NCBI GenBank assembly: GCA_049294435.1
Contig: JBAQCU010000020.1
Span: 13,110-77,109, forward strand
From: Minisyncoccia bacterium
Lineage (GTDB): Bacteria > Patescibacteriota > Minisyncoccia > Phycocordibacterales > UBA1550
Direction of reading: 5' to 3'
Length of the DNA: 64,000 nucleotides
The position numbers and the translations under genes were made by a program. Numbering within the stretch: position 1 is the first letter of the stretch; the number at the start of each line of letters is the position of its first letter. Positions 56,953 to 64,000 of the stretch are shown in pieces. The notes below the pieces were generated by a model. That model did not search any database and was not told where the DNA came from. It saw only the letters and a list, made by a program, of their open reading frames with translations.

Positions 56953-57624
56953 TCAATCGGAAATGTCCGCTTGTTCCTTAAATATTATTTTCTTTCTGTA
57001 TGCCTTACAATAATTAATTGTAGAACAAATTTCCTTGAAAAGTAATTTTGATTCGTTTTCCTCATAATCATACTCCTCCTCAGACTTACCTTGGAATTTA
57101 TAGTGCAAAAAACTGCTCCTTTTTTCAGAAACCTTCTTAATTAAATTAAAATGTTTTCTGTTAAATTTAGGTAACTTCATAACATCAATTAACCAAGTAA
57201 ACTTACCCTCAAAAGAAACATATTTTAATAATTCCTTAAGCGTACTATTAGGAACATCATTTCTAATAGTCCATATTTGAATAATTTCGTTAATGAAGTG
57301 CTCAAAATACGTTGCCAGAAAAACGTATGCAAGGTTAAAATCATCTTCCTTAACAGATTGTTCAAAACTACTCAAAAGGGTATCTTGATGAATAATTACA
57401 AAATGAGAATGTTTACTTTTTGCACGTTGCCTAACCCATTTTCTGATTTTCTCATCTACCAATTTTTTATTAGAAAGATCAGCGACAACAAGAACTCCAC
57501 AAATTATTGCTGACTCAACAAGTTGAGGAAAAATTTCTTTCAACAATTGGTGACCTTCACTATCTACTGCCATTCCCTCTTTATTAGTTTGCTCCTTTAT
57601 CATAGTGCTATAAAATTTCATCAA
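56953..57624 (-). CDS. Hypothetical protein (223 aa), possibly HEPN-like (R-x4-H: EKRSSFLHY); last gene of the restriction-modification operon
   Basis: Overlaps the 3' end of the RM gene by 17 nt. The Rx4-6H motif alone is weak evidence. Confidence 0.4.
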   Translation of the reverse strand: MMKFYSTMIKEQTNKEGMAVDSEGHQLLKEIFPQLVESAIICGVLVVADLSNKKLVDEKIRKWVRQRAKSKHSHFVIIHQDTLLSSFEQSVKEDDFNLAYVFLATYFEHFINEIIQIWTIRNDVPNSTLKELLKYVSFEGKFTWLIDVMKLPKFNRKHFNLIKKVSEKRSSFLHYKFQGKSEEEYDYEENESKLLFKEICSTINYCKAYRKKIIFKEQADISD

Positions 57625-60600
57625 TCTCCCTCATTACATTATCTGTCTCCGTAAGTACCACAATAATCTTTTGATAGTGTTCGATGTCAGCGTTGGTGAG
57701 CGTGCGGGTTTTGCGGTCTTTCAGCCATTTTTGAGCGGGTTGGTATCCACCGATGTAGAAATTCCATGCGACTTCGGGAACATTGCCAAAATACTGGGTA
57801 TCGTTTATGTAGACATTTCCATTTTCATATTTTATTTTTTCCACAGTGTCACTCCCCGCTACAGGGTATGAAGTAATAAGATTGTTGCATTCGGATGCGG
57901 TCATCAAGTGTAGTTCACGGAGCTTAGTACCAAGAGGCACCAGCTTCCAAAATTCTTCCTTATTTTTTGGATATGGTACGCGTGGAAAATCTGTTTTTAA
58001 AAACTCGCTATATTTAGTGCGGTAGCTTGGTGAATATAGGTATGCATAAATATAGTCCAAAATATTTTCAGGAGTAATCCTAATATCACCGTCTTTTGTA
58101 TTATATTCAGCTACAGGATAATACACACTACCGACAGCTTCAGCAATTTTTCTTGAAATTACTAGATCGATGTTTGGAATTCTTGAAACTCTAATATTTC
58201 CCACCTCGCCAGCATGAAAACTACTGCCAACTTCTGGATAAAGATAGAGTGGAAATGATGCCCCGATTTCAGAAGTTTTATTTGAAACATAACTTGATTC
58301 AACGATATTGTCATGGACTAGAACATGTTGAAACCCCTCAATCTTCTGCTGCCTGCACAACATAAGTCCAATATTTTCCTTATTTATCAAATGTTGCATG
58401 ACGTCCCACCGTCCGCGTTCTACAAACTTCTTATCATAATAAATATATCTTGTATCAAATGGTCTATAATTTATCTTACAAACTTTGCCTTCTTCATAGT
58501 CAAAACTTTGATTATTTGCATAAGCAATAATATTTTTCTTGAGCAATTCCTTATCTTCCGAGATAACGATAGCATCTCGCCCTGTTACTATTCCTACGCT
58601 GGAGGTAGTAAATAATTCACTAACAGAAAAACCTTCACTGTATGCGCCCTTATTTTCTCCTTCCAGCTTCCAAACATCACATTCATCTGGCAGTTTCACC
58701 CACATCACTGTTTCTACACTGGCGATATCGAGCATCTGAAACTTGGCATCTCGTGTGCCATACATATCACTAACATGCACAGTCGCGAGCTTTTTATCTC
58801 TAATATTTAGGAACTTTTTAACTGCCAAAATTATAGACACACCTGACATGATATCAAAAACATTTTCATCTTTTGTTCCGTCTGGACTTATTTCCTTTTT
58901 ACGACTATTGCCGTGTAAGTCAACTACATAAATTTTATCGAATGTGTTTCTCAGATGCCAACGCATTCCGCGGAATGTTGGGTTGTCTATATAGCCATGT
59001 GCAGTAATCATCCCAACAATTCCCTCTCCGTTTTTCTCGATGAGACTCTCGGCAAAACGAATAAACTTAACGTAGTCGTCGTTAATCCATTTACTATTTC
59101 GCTCTTTTAATTTTTCTTTGCCCCCAATTTCAACCTTGTAAACATCATTGTCGGTGTAGTGAGGGTTCATTGATTCACCGCTGTACGGCGGATTCCCAAT
59201 CACACACATAATCGGATACTCGGACTTCACACGCGATGCATTTTTGCTTTCCTCGGCAATACTGTCCATAATTCCGAAAAGTGTATCCTGGGTTGAGTAG
59301 TCAATTGGTGCATCAAGGGTGTTGGTGAGATACACACCGAGGCGGGTATTGATATTATCTGCACCGGTATCGTGAAGTGTCATGCCGAGTTTCAAGTGCG
59401 CGATGGTGTACGAAGCCATCATGAGCTCAAAACCATGCAGGCGTGGCAGGAGGTCGTTTTCTACATACGCAGGCCATCTCCCCTCTTGTCCTTTGAAATT
59501 TTCATGAATATGATTAATTACCTCATTGAGAAAAGTACCTGTCCCTGTGGCGACATCGAGTACCTGCACCTTGTGATATTCTTTTTGAACTTTTACCTCC
59601 TTACTTTTGTTGTTGATTTCTTTTTTCTCAATGATAACCTTGGTTGTATCGGTAAGACCTTTTTCAAGACCAAATTCACTTTTTAGCAGACTGTCGACTG
59701 CTCGCACAATAAACTGCACTACTGGTCGCGGTGTATAGAAAACACCCATTTCCATTTTTTTCTTTGAGTCGTACTCCTTCAAAAAATCTTCGTAGAAGTG
59801 AATGACTGGATCCTTGTCGTCTTTTTCTTTTTGATAGAAATCACGCAGTATTTTTTCTACATCGGCGTGAGTAAAAACTTCACAAAGCTCGTCGACAATA
59901 AATCTCAATTTATCAGGAAAGGATGTACCTGCAATGTGGTCAAAAAATGAGCGTAGAAACGGATTAGTTTTAGGAACAAGCTCGCGCGCTTCGGTACGAG
60001 AAAAATCTTCGGGAGTTGTGTCGTTATAACGTGCTGCAAAAAGCCCATACACGAGAGTTTGTGCATACATATCGGCAAAAGATTCATCGTCAAGACCAGA
60101 AACAAGGTGCTCGCGAACCACATTACGCATTTTGAGCAAGTCAGCATATTTGTGCGAAGGATTCGCAAGCATTTCTCGCACATTGCCTCGAATACGCTGA
60201 GCCTTGCCGCCCATAATCTGAGCAAGATGTTTCCCGCGTTTAATAGGCTCCTTGTGAGACGAAGAAAAGTCTACAAGGGTTTTTGGAAGAAGTGAAAAAT
60301 TTTTAGGGAATGCAGTTATTGTGCGATTGGTTTTGTCGAAACTTGCAATAGCAACAGGCTCGCCGTATCTCTCACCATTGCGATAGAAACGAAATTCAAC
60401 GTAGTCAGTAAGCACAAGATTATCATAACCAAAGTAACGCTCCATTTGGTTACTTTTTTCTATTTTGTCGAGGCTGATGCCTATATCTTTTGCTTCAATG
60501 TAGAGAATGGGTACTCCATTTTTCGAAATAACAAAATCGGGCTTATTCCCATCATCATTTGTTGAATCGTGGTTGATTTGTGTTACCTTGCCATCAGCCT

Positions 60601-60727
60601 GAAAAATTTGTTTCAAGAGCAACTCAAAGTCAGTACGATAAATCATCTCTCTTCCGTTTGAAGCATCCAGACGGGCAAATTTTTGTGCGATATTCTTTAA
60701 ATATTCTTCCATAGTAATTATTGACAC
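57608..60727 (-). CDS. Type IIG/IIL restriction-modification enzyme, MmeI-like: N-terminal PD-ExK nuclease, gamma-class N6-adenine methyltransferase, C-terminal target-recognition domain
   Basis: N-terminus DFVISKNGVPILYIEAKD (D..EAK). MTase motif I VLDVATGTGTFL and motif IV IGNPPYSG. 1039 aa in a single chain. Confidence 0.8.
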   Translation of the reverse strand: MSIITMEEYLKNIAQKFARLDASNGREMIYRTDFELLLKQIFQADGKVTQINHDSTNDDGNKPDFVISKNGVPILYIEAKDIGISLDKIEKSNQMERYFGYDNLVLTDYVEFRFYRNGERYGEPVAIASFDKTNRTITAFPKNFSLLPKTLVDFSSSHKEPIKRGKHLAQIMGGKAQRIRGNVREMLANPSHKYADLLKMRNVVREHLVSGLDDESFADMYAQTLVYGLFAARYNDTTPEDFSRTEARELVPKTNPFLRSFFDHIAGTSFPDKLRFIVDELCEVFTHADVEKILRDFYQKEKDDKDPVIHFYEDFLKEYDSKKKMEMGVFYTPRPVVQFIVRAVDSLLKSEFGLEKGLTDTTKVIIEKKEINNKSKEVKVQKEYHKVQVLDVATGTGTFLNEVINHIHENFKGQEGRWPAYVENDLLPRLHGFELMMASYTIAHLKLGMTLHDTGADNINTRLGVYLTNTLDAPIDYSTQDTLFGIMDSIAEESKNASRVKSEYPIMCVIGNPPYSGESMNPHYTDNDVYKVEIGGKEKLKERNSKWINDDYVKFIRFAESLIEKNGEGIVGMITAHGYIDNPTFRGMRWHLRNTFDKIYVVDLHGNSRKKEISPDGTKDENVFDIMSGVSIILAVKKFLNIRDKKLATVHVSDMYGTRDAKFQMLDIASVETVMWVKLPDECDVWKLEGENKGAYSEGFSVSELFTTSSVGIVTGRDAIVISEDKELLKKNIIAYANNQSFDYEEGKVCKINYRPFDTRYIYYDKKFVERGRWDVMQHLINKENIGLMLCRQQKIEGFQHVLVHDNIVESSYVSNKTSEIGASFPLYLYPEVGSSFHAGEVGNIRVSRIPNIDLVISRKIAEAVGSVYYPVAEYNTKDGDIRITPENILDYIYAYLYSPSYRTKYSEFLKTDFPRVPYPKNKEEFWKLVPLGTKLRELHLMTASECNNLITSYPVAGSDTVEKIKYENGNVYINDTQYFGNVPEVAWNFYIGGYQPAQKWLKDRKTRTLTNADIEHYQKIIVVLTETDNVMREIDEIL

Positions 60728-60734
60728 TATAAAT

Positions 60735-61802
60735 TTAAATCCTCACATACCTCGTACCGCGTCCGCGACCGATACGCCTTATTTTCTTGAGTTCAAGGAG
60801 CCTTTCGACTGATTGTCGAACTGTGCTGAGTGCAATGCCTGTTTTTCCTACTATTTCAGCAACACCCGTTTCGTCTACGCTTGAGATGTACTTCCATACC
60901 GCAAACTGTTTTGGGGAAAGCGTATCTTCAATGTGTTCTTCTTTAAGAAATATGAGTGCTTTTGTTGCCTGTTCTTTGACAACACCGAGAAAGAAGTTGA
61001 GCCATGGAGCAATCGTGTCGTGTTCTGTTCCAAATGTCTCTTGTGATTTTATAAGTGCGACATAGTATTCGTCTTTGCGTCGTTCGACGATTTGCTCATG
61101 AGAAACATACTGCACAAACTGGTATTCAGATCGGAGTAAAAGCAAGTTAGTCATAACGCGCGAAAGACGCCCGTTGCCGTCTTCGAATGGGTGAATTTTT
61201 AAAAATTCAACAAGGAAGTTGGCGATTACAAGCAAAGGATGGAACCGTCGGTCTATAAGTGCGTCGTATGTCCAGTCGACAAGCTCGGTCATTTCTCTAG
61301 GAGCGCGCCATGCTGGAGTTGTTTCAAAAATTACTTTTGCTATAGATTTTCCATCAGGCGCAAGTATGCCGACGGTGTTTTCAATTTTTTTGTACTTGCC
61401 TTTGTGGAGTTTATCTTTGTCAGAATATTTGAGAAGCTCGTTGTGTAGCGAGCCAATCACCCCTTCACGGAGTGGAAGCGTCTGATAACTATCAAAGACA
61501 TTTTGAAGCACTTCAAGGTAGCCCTGCACTTCTTGATAGTCGCGCTCGGCAAGCTTCGATGCCGTGAGTCCCTGCATGACTTTCTCCACTTCTTCGTCGG
61601 AGAGTTTTGACCCCTCAATACGGGTCGATGCACCAGCAGAGGTAACAAGCACCGAGCGTTTGAGGCTGGTAATTGCTTGTGGAGTCATCCGTAGCCCACC
61701 TTTGAACTCCCCTCTCATGCCGTCAATTTCAGCAACAAGAGATAGTATATGAGGCGCGGGCGCTTGAAGCCTGTGATCAAATTTTGTCTTATTTTCGTCC
61801 AT
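60735..61802 (-). CDS. Fic-family protein, class II (N-terminal inhibitory helix with S-x3-E-G) and a C-terminal winged HTH
   Basis: Fic motif HPFEDGNGRLSR; inhibitory motif ASTRIEGS; C-terminal LSTVRQSVERLLELKKIRRIGRGRGTRYV. Its stop lies 7 nt before the RM start. Confidence 0.85.
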   Translation of the reverse strand: MDENKTKFDHRLQAPAPHILSLVAEIDGMRGEFKGGLRMTPQAITSLKRSVLVTSAGASTRIEGSKLSDEEVEKVMQGLTASKLAERDYQEVQGYLEVLQNVFDSYQTLPLREGVIGSLHNELLKYSDKDKLHKGKYKKIENTVGILAPDGKSIAKVIFETTPAWRAPREMTELVDWTYDALIDRRFHPLLVIANFLVEFLKIHPFEDGNGRLSRVMTNLLLLRSEYQFVQYVSHEQIVERRKDEYYVALIKSQETFGTEHDTIAPWLNFFLGVVKEQATKALIFLKEEHIEDTLSPKQFAVWKYISSVDETGVAEIVGKTGIALSTVRQSVERLLELKKIRRIGRGRGTRYVRI

Positions 61803-61873
61803 AATTTACCGCTATACTGTATATAGTTGATTATAGCGGATTATGGCGGGAGAAGTCAATAACAATTTTTGTA

Positions 61874-62000
61874 ACCCCTCACACCTATAGAAAAATTCTA
61901 GAAGACCAGAGTCATTGCGAGTAGATAGCGTCCAAGACGTGAACTTGCTAGTTCAGAAACAATCCATGAGTCCTGGATTGCCACGTCGGAGTACCGACTC
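61874..62000. repeat. Family 2 element, copy c (partial or rearranged): left end GTAACCCCTCACACC is identical to copy a; inner core (TCATTGCGAG..CTGGATTGCCACGTCGG..GACTCGCAAAGACGG) is homologous to copy b; no matching right terminal repeat
   Basis: Read from sequence. Confidence 0.45.
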
Positions 62001-62052
62001 GCAAAGACGGAAAACTAGAGTTTCGTAATTCAAAGTTTATGAGATAGAAGAA

Positions 62053-62086
62053 AGAGCGGGATTGCTGAAGGCAATCCCGCTCTTTT
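62053..62086. terminator. Hairpin AGAGCGGGATTGC-tgaag-GCAATCCCGCTCT with TTTT (plus strand) or TTTCTTCT (minus strand); terminator of the rpsI operon and/or the repeat-region transcript
   Basis: 13 bp perfect stem read from sequence. Confidence 0.55.
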
Positions 62087-62224
62087 AATGTGTAAAATGT
62101 TTCGCTTAGGAAACGTTCAAATATTAGGATGGATGCGAGGCGCTAAAAATTTTTTCGACCAAGGTGTACAAGTGTACATTGCGGGAGAAAAAATTTTATA
62201 GCAACAAAGCAGACACCCAATATT

Positions 62225-62740
62225 TTAACGTTTACTCCATTGTGGGGCCTTACGGGCCTTCTTGAGCCCGAACTTTCGTCGCTCTTTCATTCGTGGGTCG
62301 CGCTTGAGGAAGCCGAGCTTCTTGAGACGCTTGCGTGTCTCCTCATCAAATTCTACGAGCGCTCGCGAGAGTCCGTGGCGAATAGCTTCTGCTTGTGAGT
62401 GAATTCCCCCTCCGATTACCTTTGCAGAAATGGTGAACTTACCTACTACCTTTGACTTTTCGATTGCCTCAGCAATAATATTCTGCATATCTGCTGTAGG
62501 AAAATAGGTTGGTACATCCTTACCGTTTACTACCACTGACTCTTTTGTAGCCTCGGTAATACGAACGCGCGCTGTTGAAGTCTTGCGACGACCAACAGCC
62601 TCAATATATCTTCCGAGAGCAGTTTTAGTAGTCGCTTTTTTTACCGTAGCCTTTTCCTCCGTGGTTTTACTTAGAGTAGGCGCTTTTTTTACAGCCTTAA
62701 ATTTGACTTCTTTTTCTATTGTAGTATCTTTGGTCGTCAT
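62225..62740 (-). CDS. rpsI: 30S ribosomal protein S9 with a ~40 aa Lys/Thr-rich N-terminal extension
   Basis: C-terminus ..GGGIHSQAEAIRHGLSRAL..RDPRMKERRKFGLKKARKAPQWSKR is canonical S9. Confidence 0.9.
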   Translation of the reverse strand: MTTKDTTIEKEVKFKAVKKAPTLSKTTEEKATVKKATTKTALGRYIEAVGRRKTSTARVRITEATKESVVVNGKDVPTYFPTADMQNIIAEAIEKSKVVGKFTISAKVIGGGIHSQAEAIRHGLSRALVEFDEETRKRLKKLGFLKRDPRMKERRKFGLKKARKAPQWSKR

Positions 62741-62741
62741 A

Positions 62742-63086
62742 TTATTCAGTAATTTTTAAATTCTTCATTCGCACTTTATGCAAACGGTTGCGGGGAATCA
62801 TGCGTGAAATTGCGCGGAGGAAAACTTCAGCGTAACCCTTTTTCTCGATGGTGTACCCAACGGTACGCTCACGAAGTCCGCCTGGGTAGCCAGAGTATGT
62901 CTTTGAGTGCACCTCTCCCATCTTTGATGGAGCGATGGTTGCCTTTGAGGCATTTAGAACAATCACTTCTACTGGAGCTACGAGGTGCTTCTGGAATGCG
63001 ACCGAGTTTTTACCCATAAGAACGCTGGCTGCCTCTGTGGCAACACGTCCTACGGATTTTCCTTTTGCGTCAATTTTGTATGTCAT
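62742..63086 (-). CDS. rplM: 50S ribosomal protein L13
   Basis: MTYKIDAKGKSVGRVATEAA.. The ORF track's MEIFKIS.. extension comes from the upstream repeat; the real start is the ATG at 63086. Confidence 0.85.
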   Translation of the reverse strand: MTYKIDAKGKSVGRVATEAASVLMGKNSVAFQKHLVAPVEVIVLNASKATIAPSKMGEVHSKTYSGYPGGLRERTVGYTIEKKGYAEVFLRAISRMIPRNRLHKVRMKNLKITE

Positions 63087-63294
63087 GGTAGATCTTCTTA
63101 GCGAGCAAAGCGAGATTTTGAAAATCTCCACCCGGTTAAATGCGATTTTGTAAATCGCGATTTCAAATTCTCTGTTGAATAATCAGCAGAGGATTTATTA
63201 TCATTACGTGATGCTAACATAAAGTGTGTCATATTACTAATTTGAAATCATTTAACTGGGTTTGAAAATTATAGTCGCTTCCCTCCTTAATTTT
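63087..63294 (-). promoter_or_regulatory. Family 1 structured leader/repeat, copy B (core 63134-63259) between rplQ and rplM
   Basis: Contains, in gene sense: a TATAAT box right after the rplQ stop; the long-range inverted repeat CCCAGTTAAATGATTTCAAATT ... AATTTGAAATC[GCGATTTACAAAATCGC]ATTTAACCGGG; and the palindrome GAGATTTTCAAAATCTC before the ATG. Confidence 0.6.
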
Positions 63295-63654
63295 CTAAAC
63301 GAACTCAATAACCGCCATTTTAGAAGCATCTCCGCCACGACGTGGTAGCTTCACAATACGTGTATAGCCACCGGCGCGCTCTTTGTAGCGAGGCGCAATT
63401 TCATCAATAAGCTTCTTTGCACCTTCCTCTCCAGAGACACCGCCAAGTCGTGAAATAATAAGACGACGTGAAGCAAGGTCTGCTTTGCCACCACGTGTAA
63501 CCAATTTCTCCACGAATGGTCGGAGTTCTTTGGCACGAGCTTCTGTAGTCTCTATATGCTCAGTTTTAATAAGAGAAAGCGCAAGAGAACGTAGAAGCGC
63601 AATGCGTCCTGCGTGATCTCGTCCGAATTTTCGAATTGACTTGTGGTGTTTCAT
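63295..63654 (-). CDS. rplQ: 50S ribosomal protein L17
   Basis: MKHHKSIRKFGRDHAGRIALLRSLA.. is canonical L17. Start at 63654; the ORF-track extension to 63699 is repeat-derived. Confidence 0.9.
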   Translation of the reverse strand: MKHHKSIRKFGRDHAGRIALLRSLALSLIKTEHIETTEARAKELRPFVEKLVTRGGKADLASRRLIISRLGGVSGEEGAKKLIDEIAPRYKERAGGYTRIVKLPRRGGDASKMAVIEFV

Positions 63655-63872
63655 GGTTGATTTTCTTAGCGAGTGAAACGAGATTTTGAAAATCTCCACC
63701 CGGTTAAATGCGATTTTGTAAATCGCGATTTCAAATTCTCTGTTGCATAATTTACGGGGAATTTATAATCGTTGTGTGATACTAGCATAAAGTGTGTCAT
63801 ATTGCCAATTTGAAATCATTTAACTGGGTTCTCAAAAAATACATTAGCTATACTCATTATTTTTTGGAATAA
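63655..63872 (-). promoter_or_regulatory. Family 1 structured leader/repeat, copy C (core 63702-63827) between rpoA and rplQ
   Basis: About 90% identical to copy B over the conserved arms; the central ~65 bp is homologous but more diverged. Confidence 0.6.
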
Positions 63873-64000
63873 TTATGCCTTGAGAGTGATATCGTGGGCA
63901 CCGAGCGCACGCTTGATTTCCTGAATACCTTTATCGCCCAAACCGTCGATTTCCAAGAGGTCTTCTTCAGTCTTGCGAGCAAGTCCACCTATTGTGCGAA
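63873..64000 (-). CDS. rpoA: DNA-directed RNA polymerase alpha subunit, C-terminal domain only; 5' end lies outside the window
   Basis: Minus-strand translation ..LLEIDGLGDKGIQEIKRALGAHDITLKA* is a typical alpha-CTD HhH. Stop at 63873-63875. Confidence 0.8.
   Translation of the reverse strand, partial: RTIGGLARKTEEDLLEIDGLGDKGIQEIKRALGAHDITLKA

Noticed and set aside
62742-63699. N-terminal extensions MEIFKISLCSLRRST / MEIFKISFHSLRKST on L13 and L17 in the ORF track
   Set aside because: Both come from the repeated Family 1 leader upstream of the true ATGs (MTYKIDAK.., MKHHKSIRK..). The conserved r-protein N-termini start at the internal Met.
1-64000. tRNA, rRNA and CRISPR features
   Set aside because: No T-loop/anticodon-arm signatures (GTTCGA/GTTCAA-type) in any intergenic region. 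No rRNA-like segments and no regularly spaced short repeats.

Overview
This 64 kb window looks like part of a small bacterial genome. Gene content and compact organisation are consistent with a reduced-genome, peptidoglycan-containing lineage, possibly Patescibacteria/CPR-like; that lineage call is inference. No rRNA, tRNA or CRISPR array was found.

Housekeeping backbone, in order:
- uvrB (5' partial), uvrA, a minus-strand hypothetical, a short-form uvrC, a GatB/YqeY protein, a GGDEF diguanylate cyclase, rmuC, a ~310 bp non-coding gap, rplU, recR, dnaB, cysS, a corA-like gene, ctpA and rplI.
- An ECF sigma/anti-sigma pair followed by an HlyD-family adaptor and a MacB-like ABC exporter, flanked by two paralogous small membrane proteins.
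- rpmA, an Ada-like Zn-domain protein, a PHP phosphoesterase, a DnaQ-like exonuclease, nth, an MFS transporter, two divergent hypotheticals, an M23 peptidase, gltX, and the murG-ftsW-mraY cluster with a DacA-like carboxypeptidase.
- scpB, a hypothetical, scpA, a membrane hypothetical, and a giant secreted Gly-rich repeat plus lipase protein that is interrupted by a frameshift.
- aspS, trpS, two tandem orphan histidine kinases, an SDR/thioester-reductase-like gene, and dnaJ-dnaK-grpE.
- An ~8.5 kb accessory island: RelE remnant plus short antitoxin, a Ub/MoaD-like beta-grasp protein, RhuM, a possibly HEPN-like hypothetical, an MmeI-like Type IIG restriction-modification enzyme, and a class II Fic.
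- rpsI-rplM-rplQ-rpoA (rpoA 3' partial).

The most unusual content is non-coding:
- A ~200 bp structured leader/repeat present three times, upstream of rplQ, rplM and murG.
- A family of nested-palindrome elements flanked by 8 bp direct repeats (MITE-like), with three copies.
- A duplicated 5' leader plus MKCMKK start region, with a hairpin covering the ribosome-binding site, shared by the Ub-like and RhuM genes.
- A 16 bp perfect palindrome present at two loci.
- A perfect 39 bp in-frame tandem duplication inside uvrC.
- GTCACATGT and ATTGAC boxes around the dnaK operon, which has no CIRCE element and no adjacent hrcA.
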